A stretch of 64,000 nt of DNA from Methanomicrobia archaeon (GTDB taxonomy: Archaea > Methanobacteriota_B > Thermococci > Methanofastidiosales > NM3): NCBI GenBank assembly GCA_030603445.1, contig JAUVXU010000004.1, forward strand, positions 42,656-106,655, given 5' to 3'. Position 1 is the stretch's first letter. The number at the start of each line of letters is the position of its first letter. The translations under genes were made by a program, and so were the position numbers. Shown here one piece after another: positions 41,245 to 50,734 of this stretch. The notes below the pieces were generated by a model. The model saw only the letters and a list, made by a program, of their open reading frames with translations. It was not told where the DNA came from and made no database searches.

Positions 41245-42576
41245 TTATCTGCATTCCTTATCGCTTATAACAAGGGCATTATCAATAACATCAAGGGCGT
41301 TGAGTACCTCTTCCTTGCTAACAATAAGGGGCGGGGCTAAAAGGAGTGTAGTTATCATCTGTAAGAAAAATGTGCCATTTTTGAAGCATTCCGCCTGTAC
41401 CTTCGCAGGGATCGTCTGTATTGGCCTAAACTTATCGTCACGCACCGATGAAGCCTCCTGGGTCTTGGAATCCTTTATAAGTTCTATTCCCCAGAAACAT
41501 CCTTTTCCACGAACATCCCCCACAGACTTGTGGTCCTCTTTTATCTCTTCGAGGCGTTTCTTAAACACTGGTTCTAGTGATGCTGCGCGTTCCACAAGCT
41601 TCTCATCCTCATAAAGTTTTATAGACGCAATACCAGCAGCGCACGCAAGCGCATGTCCTGAGTACGTATGGCCATGAACAAATAGGTTATCTTCAAAGAA
41701 ATCAGATATCTTCTCGCTCATCATTGTTGCCCCAAGGGGAACGTATGTTCCTGAAAGGCCCTTTGCCATAGCCACGATGTCTGGTGATGCCTTCCAGTGC
41801 TCTATTCCGAACATCTTTCCAGTCCTTCCAAATCCGACCATCACCTCGTCATCTATCCACACGACCTCAAGCTCGTCGCATATCTCCCTTATGCGCTCAT
41901 AGTAACCAGGGGGCGGGACAATGACGCCGTTTGACCCAACTATAGGCTCTAGCACAATAGCGGCAACTGTATTTTTCCCTTCCATGATTATCTGGTCCCT
42001 TATAGACTCTGCACATTGCAATCCACAAGAAGGATATGTCATCTTGAAAGGACAGCGGTAGCAGTATGGGTCCACTGCGTGTAAGATGCCTGGATATCCC
42101 GGTTCATTGAAAGTGTATCGTCGCGGGTCTCCAGTAAGTGAGATCGATATTCCCAAAGAACCATGATAAGACGTGTATCTAGAGATAACCTTGAACTTTC
42201 CGGTATAGTATTTGGCCGCCTTTACTGCAGCTTCTACAGCTTCTGCCCCTGCAACAGAAAAGAAGGTCTTCCTAAACTTGCCTGGTGCTATCTCTGCAAG
42301 CTTCTTTGCCAATGCGGCGCGAGGGGGACACCCCAAAGCTGGAGCCACATAGGCATAAGTGTTCAACTGATCTATTATAGCTTTGTTCACTACAGGATTT
42401 TTATGCCCATAGTTAGTAGATATAAGCTGTGAAGAAAAATCGATATACTTTTTCCCATTGACATCAGTCAAGTATGCGCCATCTGCATCAACGATTGGAA
42501 GAACGTTCACATTACGTTGTGCAGACCAAGTCCTTACTACATATTTTTTTTCCATTTCTGCAAAATTCTCATCCAT
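41245..42576 (-). CDS. Class III PLP aminotransferase (beta-alanine/omega-amino acid:pyruvate type)
   Basis: GAEAVE, SYHG, EPIVG, DEVMVGFGRTG, AKGL, HGHTY; start set at ATG 42576 after GGAGG. Confidence 0.88.
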   Translation of the reverse strand: MDENFAEMEKKYVVRTWSAQRNVNVLPIVDADGAYLTDVNGKKYIDFSSQLISTNYGHKNPVVNKAIIDQLNTYAYVAPALGCPPRAALAKKLAEIAPGKFRKTFFSVAGAEAVEAAVKAAKYYTGKFKVISRYTSYHGSLGISISLTGDPRRYTFNEPGYPGILHAVDPYCYRCPFKMTYPSCGLQCAESIRDQIIMEGKNTVAAIVLEPIVGSNGVIVPPPGYYERIREICDELEVVWIDDEVMVGFGRTGKMFGIEHWKASPDIVAMAKGLSGTYVPLGATMMSEKISDFFEDNLFVHGHTYSGHALACAAGIASIKLYEDEKLVERAASLEPVFKKRLEEIKEDHKSVGDVRGKGCFWGIELIKDSKTQEASSVRDDKFRPIQTIPAKVQAECFKNGTFFLQMITTLLLAPPLIVSKEEVLNALDVIDNALVISDKECR

Positions 42577-42819
42577 ACAGAATCCTCCCAGTATTCTGTT
42601 TGTCCTATTACAAAAGAACACAAACAATGCTCCCATATAGTGATTGTCTAATCAGCACTGAATAATAGAACTAATATATTTAATTATTCGGCATATTTAA
42701 TATTTTCGGTGTTATCAATTTTTAATGTTAGTATTACGTTTTTTTTAAAAAATAATCTAAAATTATGAAATATAAAGCATATCTTACCCATTTTCATACC
42801 GTAATGCTTAATACGGAGG

Positions 42820-43770
42820 TTATTTATATACAATGCGAGTTCCTGTCCTACCCTCTAAAGAACCAATAATCGATCCTATTGAAGAAATAATAGCAACGTC
42901 CCCTCCTGCTTTGATAAATTCCATGGCTGCTGAGACTTTTGGCCCCATACTTCCTGGAGGGAAGTGCCCTTCTCTTGTGTACTGCTGCGCCTCGCTAAGT
43001 GTCATAACATCTATCTTTTCCTCCTTATGCGCTCCGAAATGTTTGCTAACATGCTCAACATCCGTCATTAACATTAGTATACTAGCGCCTATGTCCGTTG
43101 CAAGCAGCTTGGCAGATAGATCTTTATCAATTACCGCCTCAACGCCAATTAGTTCCCCATCCGCTTCATGCACGGGGATTCCTCCGCCCCCGGAAGCTAT
43201 GACAATTACCCCGTTATCAGCAAGCAGTTTAACAGTGCTTGCTTCAACATTTCTTTTTGGTATTGGTGAAGGGACCACGCGCCGGTACCCATCTTTTACG
43301 GACTGCGCAACATATTTTATAGGCCATCCTTTGAGTACAGAGAGTTTCTGGGCCTCCTTTTGGGTATAGAAGGGTCCGACAGGCTTTATAGGGTGCTTAA
43401 ATGCCTCATCAGAGATGTCCACCACAACTTGATTAACAATCGCCACCACTGGGACAAAAAGCCCCTCGCAGGCTAATCTGTTATGGAGGGCCTGTTGAAT
43501 CATGTACCCCACCTGTCCTTGCGTCATTGCACCAAGCACATCTAAGGGCTGTTGAGGCACGTGGTCCTTTGCCTCCTCTTGTTGGATTAAGAGAGAACCC
43601 ACCTGCGGGCCATTTCCATGTGTTAATACGATGCGATGCCCTGCCTTGACTAATTGCACTAGCTGTTCAGATATAAGAGATATATTAGAGAGCTGTTCCT
43701 TGAGAGTTCCTTTCTGATCAGCTCGTTTTATCGCATTTCCGCCCAATGCAACAACGATAGTGCTGACCAT
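42820..43770 (-). CDS. arcC: Carbamate kinase
   Basis: ALGGNA, THGNGPQVG, KPVGPFY, RRVVPSP, EAVIDKD, GSMGPK. Confidence 0.95.
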   Translation of the reverse strand: MVSTIVVALGGNAIKRADQKGTLKEQLSNISLISEQLVQLVKAGHRIVLTHGNGPQVGSLLIQQEEAKDHVPQQPLDVLGAMTQGQVGYMIQQALHNRLACEGLFVPVVAIVNQVVVDISDEAFKHPIKPVGPFYTQKEAQKLSVLKGWPIKYVAQSVKDGYRRVVPSPIPKRNVEASTVKLLADNGVIVIASGGGGIPVHEADGELIGVEAVIDKDLSAKLLATDIGASILMLMTDVEHVSKHFGAHKEEKIDVMTLSEAQQYTREGHFPPGSMGPKVSAAMEFIKAGGDVAIISSIGSIIGSLEGRTGTRIVYK

Positions 43771-43803
43771 AAAATCACCGATATCCTAAAAGAAAAATGA
43801 AAG

Positions 43804-44652
43804 CTACGGCAGCAGCTTGCACATATCCGTGTATGTCTCTGGCCGCCTGTCCCTGAAGAACTGCCAGTCGTTTCGAACATCGCGTATCATGTCAATATCA
43901 ATATCTGCGATCACGACCTCATCCTTGTCCTCCGAACCTTGTGATAGTAGTTGCCCTCTTGGATCGCACACATAAGTGCTTCCAAAGAATCTGCCAAACT
44001 TCCAAGGTTTCTCTATCCCGACCCTATTTATTGCAATTGTGAAGAACTGATTAGCCACACAATGTGCGCGCTGTTCCAACTCCCATAAATATTGTGACTT
44101 GCCAGCCACTGTTGCCGACGGGTTGTAAGTTATCTCTGCTCCTGCAAGACCCAAGAGGCGCGCTGATTCGGGGAAATGGCGGTCATAGCAGGTGTATATC
44201 CCGACTCGACCATACTTGGTCGGGAATACAGGATATCCCAAGTTTCCTGGCTTAAAGTAGAACTTCTCCCAAAAACCTGGTTTTGTATGTGGAATATGTA
44301 TCTTCCTAAACTTTCCCAGATACGTTCCATCTGCATCATACACAGCTGTCGTGTTGTAGTAGACTCCTTCCATTGCCTCCTCATAGACAGGTATGACGGT
44401 GACCATATCATACTGTTTGCCAATCTCTGCTATATTGTCTGTTGTTGGTCCCGGTACAGGTTCAGCGAGATCATACCACTTCGGCTCCTGTTCTGCGCAG
44501 AAGTAAGGGCCGTTAAAGAGTTCCTGAAGCCCTATTATCTGTACGCCTTTATCTCCTGCCTCATCAAGCAGCTTCTCATGTTTCTTGACCATGCCCTCGA
44601 TTGTTCCAGGGTATGAGCATTGAATTCCTCCCACTTTCACAATTCTTGTCAA
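43804..44652 (-). CDS. Nitrilase-family beta-ureidopropionase (N-carbamoyl-beta-alanine amidohydrolase)-like
   Basis: QELF, RKIHIP, FWEKFYF.PG, CYDRHFPE (E-K-C triad), WQFFRDRRPE. Confidence 0.85.
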   Translation of the reverse strand: MTRIVKVGGIQCSYPGTIEGMVKKHEKLLDEAGDKGVQIIGLQELFNGPYFCAEQEPKWYDLAEPVPGPTTDNIAEIGKQYDMVTVIPVYEEAMEGVYYNTTAVYDADGTYLGKFRKIHIPHTKPGFWEKFYFKPGNLGYPVFPTKYGRVGIYTCYDRHFPESARLLGLAGAEITYNPSATVAGKSQYLWELEQRAHCVANQFFTIAINRVGIEKPWKFGRFFGSTYVCDPRGQLLSQGSEDKDEVVIADIDIDMIRDVRNDWQFFRDRRPETYTDMCKLLP

Positions 44653-44729
44653 TCAATCCACCCCATAAAAAGCAAAAAATATATGTTGTAAAATATATAT
44701 AATTGTTTCGGTAATTTATAAACGATATG

Positions 44730-44779
44730 AATAATTTTTATATAAAATTAGAATGTTTTAATAATTTTTATATAAAATT
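44730..44779. promoter_or_regulatory. Two palindromic 20-bp direct repeats 30 bp apart in a divergent promoter region
   Basis: AATAATTTTTATATAAAATT at 44730-44749 and 44760-44779, each containing AATTTT-N5-AAAATT. Confidence 0.45.
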
Positions 44780-44954
44780 GTAGTATATATATAGGTATTA
44801 AACAAATATTTGCATATATTCTTCTAATTCATCCTTAAAAAAGAGAAATCATCATATTCTATTTTTATAATCAATATATAAAATATATAGAATATTGTGC
44901 TAGACGTATACTATATAGATTAAGTATTTATATGGATGTGCTAACGTTCGTTGC

Positions 44955-46223
44955 ATGCTTGATTGGATTATTGCATTAAGCATTGCTGAAAAGGCGATAA
45001 TTGCTCTTGCCCTGGCTTCAGGATTCTACATGGCTTGGACAATTGGTGCAAACGACGTGGCAAATTCTATGGGCACATCTGTAGGAAGCGGTGCGCTTAC
45101 TTTGAAGAGAGCCGTGATTGTAGCAGGCATTTTCGAGTTCTTAGGGGCGGTCCTTGTAGGGCGTCATGTATCGGCAACCATCAAGTCAGGAATAATAACC
45201 CCCGGGCTAATAAACGATCCAAAAGTGTATATGCTTGCGATGCTATCATGCCTAATAGCAGCTGCCTTTTGGGTGTTTGTTGCAACATACTACTCCCTTC
45301 CAATCTCCACCACCCATTCAATAGTTGGGGCTGTGATAGGGGTTGGGCTGTTAATATCATACCAAATGGTAAATTTTTCCATTGTCAACAGCATTGTGCT
45401 CTCATGGGTTTTCTCGCCTTTGTTAGGGGCGCTCTTAGCATTTATATTTTTCAAACTTATCGTTCGCTCAATCTTCTCTAAGAAGGAACCACTTCACGCA
45501 CTGCGAAACGTTGGTCCAGTGCTTGTATTCTTCAACATTTTTATCATATGCCTGTCAGTCTTGTATAAGGGGCTTGCAAAAATTGGGCTTTCTTTTGGGG
45601 CCCTCCAGGCTATAGAACTTTCTGCTGTGATTGCCATTACCGTTGCAATGGCATCTGCATACATATTCCTTAATATGGATTACAGAAAGCCGCGAAGCGA
45701 CTCCGAGAAATACAGGCAAGTAGAAAGAATATTTGGATATTTGCAAATAATGACAGCATGTTCTGTTGCATTTGCGCACGGGGCAAACGATGTTGCAAAC
45801 GCCATAGGTCCATTAGCGGCCATAATGCACACGATGGAGGCAGGAACTATAGATGCAACTTCTGGCATACCGCTCTACATCCTGTTTATAGGGGGTGCAG
45901 GGATTGTTATTGGGATCTCGACATGGGGCTACAAGGTCATCGACACTGTCGGTAAGAAAATAACTGAGATAACGCCTTCAAGGGGTTTTTGTGCTGAGCT
46001 TAGTACATGCATAACAGTGCTCTTATGCTCAAAGATAGGCCTTCCGATATCAACAACGCAAGTATTGATAGGATCCGTAATAGGGGTAGGATTCGCCAGA
46101 GGTATATCAGCCATAGATTTTAGCATTATTAGAAAGATAATAACCTCATGGCTTCTGACGCTTCCCATATCTGCATTAAGCAGTATGCTTATATATATCG
46201 TATTGAAAGGAATAATACTATGA
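44955..46223 (+). CDS. pit: PiT-family inorganic phosphate transporter
   Basis: Two GANDVAN signatures, PISTTH and PISTTQ. Confidence 0.94.
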   Translation: MLDWIIALSIAEKAIIALALASGFYMAWTIGANDVANSMGTSVGSGALTLKRAVIVAGIFEFLGAVLVGRHVSATIKSGIITPGLINDPKVYMLAMLSCLIAAAFWVFVATYYSLPISTTHSIVGAVIGVGLLISYQMVNFSIVNSIVLSWVFSPLLGALLAFIFFKLIVRSIFSKKEPLHALRNVGPVLVFFNIFIICLSVLYKGLAKIGLSFGALQAIELSAVIAITVAMASAYIFLNMDYRKPRSDSEKYRQVERIFGYLQIMTACSVAFAHGANDVANAIGPLAAIMHTMEAGTIDATSGIPLYILFIGGAGIVIGISTWGYKVIDTVGKKITEITPSRGFCAELSTCITVLLCSKIGLPISTTQVLIGSVIGVGFARGISAIDFSIIRKIITSWLLTLPISALSSMLIYIVLKGIIL

Positions 46224-46226
46224 GGG

Positions 46227-46928
46227 ATGTGGATGGTAAGATGGAAAGACAGGATTAGGGTGCCCTTGCTAGGTGCCCTTCGGAGCGACCCGTTCGAAAA
46301 GTTGAACGAGCACGCAAAGATGGTGAAAGTATGCACAGAATCTCTGAAGCACGCCATGAAGGCCTACTTTGAAGGGGATTTTGATACGTTTGATAAGTAC
46401 AGGCTTAAGGTTATAAAAGACGAGGAGAAGGCCGATATCATCAAGAGAAACATACGAAATCACCTGCCTAAAAGCATACATATGTCTGTTGACAAGAGAA
46501 ATTTCCTCCTTCTTTTGACACAGCAGGATAATATACTCGATTATGAAGAGGATCTGGTACAATGGTTGCATATGCGAATCAAGACGTATAATAATGATAT
46601 CAGTGCCGACTTCATGCATCTCACCGACAAGGTGATAGAAACAATTGGTTATTTCGAGAAAGCCATCTTCAATCTTCCTGATGTCCTAGAGTCGTCTTTT
46701 GCAGATGACGAGAGAAATGAGACAAAAAAATACATAAAGAAAGTGAGCTTAGGGGAGCATGAATCTGATGTCCTTGAACAAGCCTTGTCCAAGAAGATAT
46801 TCTCTTTGGAAGATCAGCTGACGCCAATAGACATCTACCACTTATTACGGGCTGTACAGATACTTGGAGAAATATCAAATCACGCAGAAAACGCCTCGGA
46901 CAGGATAAGAAACCTGCTTGCAAGGTGA
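46227..46928 (+). CDS. DUF47 / PhoU-like phosphate transport regulator
   Basis: EEKADIIKR, QDNILD, EHESD, AENASD; directly follows pit. Confidence 0.88.
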   Translation: MWMVRWKDRIRVPLLGALRSDPFEKLNEHAKMVKVCTESLKHAMKAYFEGDFDTFDKYRLKVIKDEEKADIIKRNIRNHLPKSIHMSVDKRNFLLLLTQQDNILDYEEDLVQWLHMRIKTYNNDISADFMHLTDKVIETIGYFEKAIFNLPDVLESSFADDERNETKKYIKKVSLGEHESDVLEQALSKKIFSLEDQLTPIDIYHLLRAVQILGEISNHAENASDRIRNLLAR

Positions 46929-47817
46929 TGCTATTCTAAGTATTATTGTTCACGGCGGGGCCTGGAACATGCCAAAAAAACTTGAGGCCGCGCATCTAAA
47001 AGGCGTCTGTGAGGCATGCAAGGCGGGCCGTGATGCATTGCTTGATGGCAATGGGAGTGTTAATGCAATAGCTGATGCCCTTGTCATATTAGAAGATGAC
47101 GAGACGTTTGATGCAGGCGTCGGTTCCTTCCTAAACAGTGTGGGCGATGTAGAGCTAGATGCGGGGATTATGACTGGAGACAGCGGAGACTTTGCCTGCT
47201 GTGGTGCAGTATCACGCCTGCGCAACCCGATTCTTGCATGCAAGAAGCTGCTTGAGATTGCCCCAAACAGGTTGCTCGTCTGTGAGGGAATGCACAAGTT
47301 TGCCGAAGAGAACGGTTTTGAGTTAATAGACAACGATGAATTGAAAATCTCAAGAGAGATAGAGCGCTACAAGAACAAGTCCGCCCCTGTTGAAAAATAT
47401 TTCTTGCCGTCAGACACTGTTGGTGCGGTGGCACTAGATGAATATGGGCAAATCGCGGCTGCAAACACCACAGGAGGAACTCCTGGAAAACTTCCCGGTC
47501 GCGTCGGCGACTCCCCCATCGTTGGTTGTGGCATCTACGCAGGCCCGAACGCAGGCATTGCTGCTACAGGATATGGGGAACCAATAATCAAGACCGTGCT
47601 TTGCAAGTGCGTTTATGATGAATATTCTAAGTGCAAAGACATCGACCTTGCAACAAATCACGGCATTGGCATTCTCTCTTTATACGGGTGGGGCGGGGTA
47701 ATTGCCCTAGACAAAGAAGGAAACAGCGCCGCGCGCCACAACACCACAAAAATGCCGTTTGCAAGATGGGATGAGAAAAATAATAAAATTGAAAAAAAGA
47801 TAAGCAACCCCCTTTAA
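46918..47817 (+). CDS. Isoaspartyl peptidase/L-asparaginase (Ntn hydrolase)
   Basis: VHGGA, ELDAGIM, DTVGAVA (Thr nucleophile), GRVGDSP, TGYGE; start uncertain. Confidence 0.9.
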   Translation: MQGDAILSIIVHGGAWNMPKKLEAAHLKGVCEACKAGRDALLDGNGSVNAIADALVILEDDETFDAGVGSFLNSVGDVELDAGIMTGDSGDFACCGAVSRLRNPILACKKLLEIAPNRLLVCEGMHKFAEENGFELIDNDELKISREIERYKNKSAPVEKYFLPSDTVGAVALDEYGQIAAANTTGGTPGKLPGRVGDSPIVGCGIYAGPNAGIAATGYGEPIIKTVLCKCVYDEYSKCKDIDLATNHGIGILSLYGWGGVIALDKEGNSAARHNTTKMPFARWDEKNNKIEKKISNPL

Positions 47818-47826
47818 AGAGGGGGA
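47808..47826. terminator. Possible hairpin between convergent genes
   Basis: CCCCCT-TTAAAG-AGGGGG. Confidence 0.3.
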
Positions 47827-47869
47827 GCATTTATTGCCAGAAGCGACAAGCGCCCCTTTGTATCATTCT

Positions 47870-49696
47870 TTAGTCCTGCATCTGTTCATAGGCATAGCCT
47901 ATGCCAAGCTGCTCCAAACGCTCTTTAGTTGGAACGCCGTCCTTGCCCCATCCGCGAAGCTCGTAATACATGTCAAGCATCTTGTCAAGCTCTTCTTGCG
48001 GGCAGTACATGCCTTTTAGCGGTCCGTCTGGTATGGGTTCGTTCATGAATCTCCATGGAAGCTTGTCATCCTTTCTCCTTATGCCCTCACGGCAGTTGAA
48101 GCAGCGCTCCATGGTGTAGATACGATCGGATATCTCTGTTAGTTCTTCTAAAGTGATGTTCCATCCTACTACATCGTTCACCCATCTGACATAGTTGTCG
48201 GTAAGTACGAGACCAGCTGATTTCTCACAAAGGTGGCATATGACCGCCGCATCCCCGAATGTCGTCCAGTTTGCAGTATCAAATGCAAGTGCAGGCTTAT
48301 CAGAGATGTCCTCGCGCTTCTCGCGTGGTATACCATACTCTATTGAAGGGCGTGCATCGTGGTGGCTTCCTCCCCTATTGGACACGGAGTAACCTATGCT
48401 CATCGTCTTTAGTCCCCTGCCGGAGTGCCCCGCTGGCTCAAGGCCCTTTATGTTGATTGCAATCTTGTAAGCCTCGCCTCCAAGCCGATTTGCCATCTCC
48501 CTTGTCCCAAGGCCGATGAATGCGCCAATGCCCTCTGCGTTTCCAGTAAGCTCCACTGCCTTAAGGAGGGTCTCCCTATTGCCCCAGCTAAAGTCAAGAC
48601 CTGAAAGGTCCATATCCTTTAAGAGCCCTTTCTCCTGCGCCTCCATCATGAAGGAAACAGAAAGGCCAAATGATATGGTGTCTATACCGTATTCATCGCA
48701 TTTAGCATCGGCAATGATGAGTGTGTCTAGGTCATTTATACCACACATGCTGCCCATAGCATACAGGGATTCATACTCAGGCCCTTCTGATATTGAAGGA
48801 TCTGATTTTGCAGCATCTATCTTCGTACAGGCCAAACGGCAGGCAAAACATGCGTCGTTACGCTTCCAGTGCTCTGCCTTGAGCTTCTCGCCGGATATAT
48901 CCTCGGCATGCTCGAACTGTTCCTGCTTGTAGTTGTACGTGCCTAAACAACCCTGTTTATTTATGATGTTCACAAGGATCGGGGTCCCGAAGTCTGTTAG
49001 GCCTTTTCCCTTCGTCTCATACTCGGGGATCAATTCATTGTAATGCTTGAACATGTTGTCAAGATTTGCCACCTCAACATCTTTTGTCCCGCGCACTGTT
49101 ATGGCCTTAAGCTTCTTAGCGCCAAAAACCGCTCCGATTCCGCCGCGTCCGCATGCCCTGACATCATGAATAACACATGCATAACGCGCCATGTTCTCTC
49201 CTGCTGGCCCAATGCACAGAGTTGAGAAGTCGCTTGATGTTATCTCCTCTATCTTCTTTTGTACCTTCTTAGTGTCAAGCCCAGAAAGCTCGCTTGCATC
49301 TCGTATCTCCACTGTATCGTTATCTATTAAGACATATTTGAGAGAATCTGCCTGTCCGGTCACTATTATGCTATCGTACCCTGCGTACTTTAGCTTGGCT
49401 GCAAAGTCGCCGCCGAACGCACCGCGCATGTAACCTCCTGTCAAAGGAGACTTCGTAACTATCGTGCCCCTTCCTGCGCCGTGTAGGAACGTGCCGGATA
49501 TAGGGCCTGCGCCAACAGCAATGATATTCTCAGGACCTAGCGGATCTACACCCTTTGGCGTCATGTCAAAGAGGTATTTTGCACCAAATCCGACGCCGCC
49601 AAGGAACTTCTTGGCAAGGTCCTCAGAGGTATTCTCCTTTTTTATCTCGCCGGTAGTAAGATTGACAAATAGTATCTTTCCTGCATATCCTTTCAT
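47870..49696 (-). CDS. Tungsten-dependent aldehyde:ferredoxin oxidoreductase family protein
   Basis: KSPLTG, IGPAGE, GRGGIGAVFG.KKLKAI, CFACRLAC, EYES, CDEYGIDTIS, YYELRGW. Confidence 0.93.
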   Translation of the reverse strand: MKGYAGKILFVNLTTGEIKKENTSEDLAKKFLGGVGFGAKYLFDMTPKGVDPLGPENIIAVGAGPISGTFLHGAGRGTIVTKSPLTGGYMRGAFGGDFAAKLKYAGYDSIIVTGQADSLKYVLIDNDTVEIRDASELSGLDTKKVQKKIEEITSSDFSTLCIGPAGENMARYACVIHDVRACGRGGIGAVFGAKKLKAITVRGTKDVEVANLDNMFKHYNELIPEYETKGKGLTDFGTPILVNIINKQGCLGTYNYKQEQFEHAEDISGEKLKAEHWKRNDACFACRLACTKIDAAKSDPSISEGPEYESLYAMGSMCGINDLDTLIIADAKCDEYGIDTISFGLSVSFMMEAQEKGLLKDMDLSGLDFSWGNRETLLKAVELTGNAEGIGAFIGLGTREMANRLGGEAYKIAINIKGLEPAGHSGRGLKTMSIGYSVSNRGGSHHDARPSIEYGIPREKREDISDKPALAFDTANWTTFGDAAVICHLCEKSAGLVLTDNYVRWVNDVVGWNITLEELTEISDRIYTMERCFNCREGIRRKDDKLPWRFMNEPIPDGPLKGMYCPQEELDKMLDMYYELRGWGKDGVPTKERLEQLGIGYAYEQMQD

Positions 49697-49698
49697 TT

Positions 49699-50100
49699 TT
49701 AATCCTCCTCCACGAACAAAGCATCAAACGGGCAGTAACGAATACAGTTCATTTCACCGTTGCAGAAATCACACTTCAGGATATATTCAAGATCTGGGTG
49801 GGTAAACATAGCGTCATAAGGGCATGCATCCACACATACCATGCAGCCTATGCACTCCTCTTTATTGAACTTGACCTCGTTATCTTCAATGTAAAGCGCT
49901 TCAGTTGGGCAAACATCGATACATTCGGGTTCCTCACAATGTTTGCATGTAAGCTGGTTAAACTTTCCATAGAACTCGTCGCGCCATAAGCGGATTCTTG
50001 ATTTGTTTGGGTTGAAGACACCTTCGTGTGTAGCCGAGCATACTAGCTCGCAGGTTTTGCAACCACTACACTTCTCGGTGTCGAAACCTATTCTTTTCAT
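49699..50100 (-). CDS. 4x[4Fe-4S] ferredoxin-like partner subunit of the AOR-family enzyme
   Basis: CSGCKTCELVC, CKHCEEPEC..VCP, CIGCMVCVDACP, KCDFC...CP. Confidence 0.92.
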   Translation of the reverse strand: MKRIGFDTEKCSGCKTCELVCSATHEGVFNPNKSRIRLWRDEFYGKFNQLTCKHCEEPECIDVCPTEALYIEDNEVKFNKEECIGCMVCVDACPYDAMFTHPDLEYILKCDFCNGEMNCIRYCPFDALFVEED

Positions 50101-50176
50101 GATAAGTCACCGGGTAAAAATAAAAATGGAAAAATTTAAAGGTTTCGATAGGTTATAATAAAACAATCGAGGTTTT

Positions 50177-50734
50177 TCACAACGACATATCGGAGAATTC
50201 GCGGTCCTTGCGTTCCTTGTTTATCTTCTCAAGGTAACGGTATACGCCAGAGTGGGGTTTTCCCTCAAGCAGCATATCCACTGCCTTTTTGGCATCATGG
50301 ACCTCTTGGAACGTGCCAAGAATGGAGATGGTCTTGCCATATACCGAGAGATGTACGCCGGTCATGGTCTCAATTATGCGCCTTGTCTTGCCTTCCTTTC
50401 CGATTATGCGGCCTCTGATACGCAGCATGCTGCTGCGAGAGTGCCCCACATATTCTGATATGTCTATTATCTCAACTATTACTCCGTCTTCTTGAAGACG
50501 CATCGCCTTTTGCGGGGAAAATCCCCTGGCTATGGCCTTTACCATATCGCGCGCCTTCCAGACTGCAAGGGGGTCCTTGGTATCTGAAGTATCGGATATA
50601 TAAACTGCAGAGTTATCCGAATCGATCTTAAGGCAAACATGGAGTACCTCCTCTATCATCTCCCTTGTTTCCCCTTTCTTGCCTATTACAATGCCCAATC
50701 TATCATAGGGTATCTTCATGTACTCCTCATTCAT
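50177..50734 (-). CDS. KH-domain rRNA processing protein (Dim2/Pno1/Krr1 family)
   Basis: IGKKGETR, AIARGFSP, GRIIGKEGKTR, G.PHS.VY; start set at ATG 50734. Confidence 0.92.
   Translation of the reverse strand: MNEEYMKIPYDRLGIVIGKKGETREMIEEVLHVCLKIDSDNSAVYISDTSDTKDPLAVWKARDMVKAIARGFSPQKAMRLQEDGVIVEIIDISEYVGHSRSSMLRIRGRIIGKEGKTRRIIETMTGVHLSVYGKTISILGTFQEVHDAKKAVDMLLEGKPHSGVYRYLEKINKERKDREFSDMSL

Noticed and set aside
37602..50100. Selenocysteine or pyrrolysine read-through in the redox genes
   Set aside because: The PreA, FrhB-like, AOR and ferredoxin ORFs are full length with no in-frame stops at conserved Cys positions.
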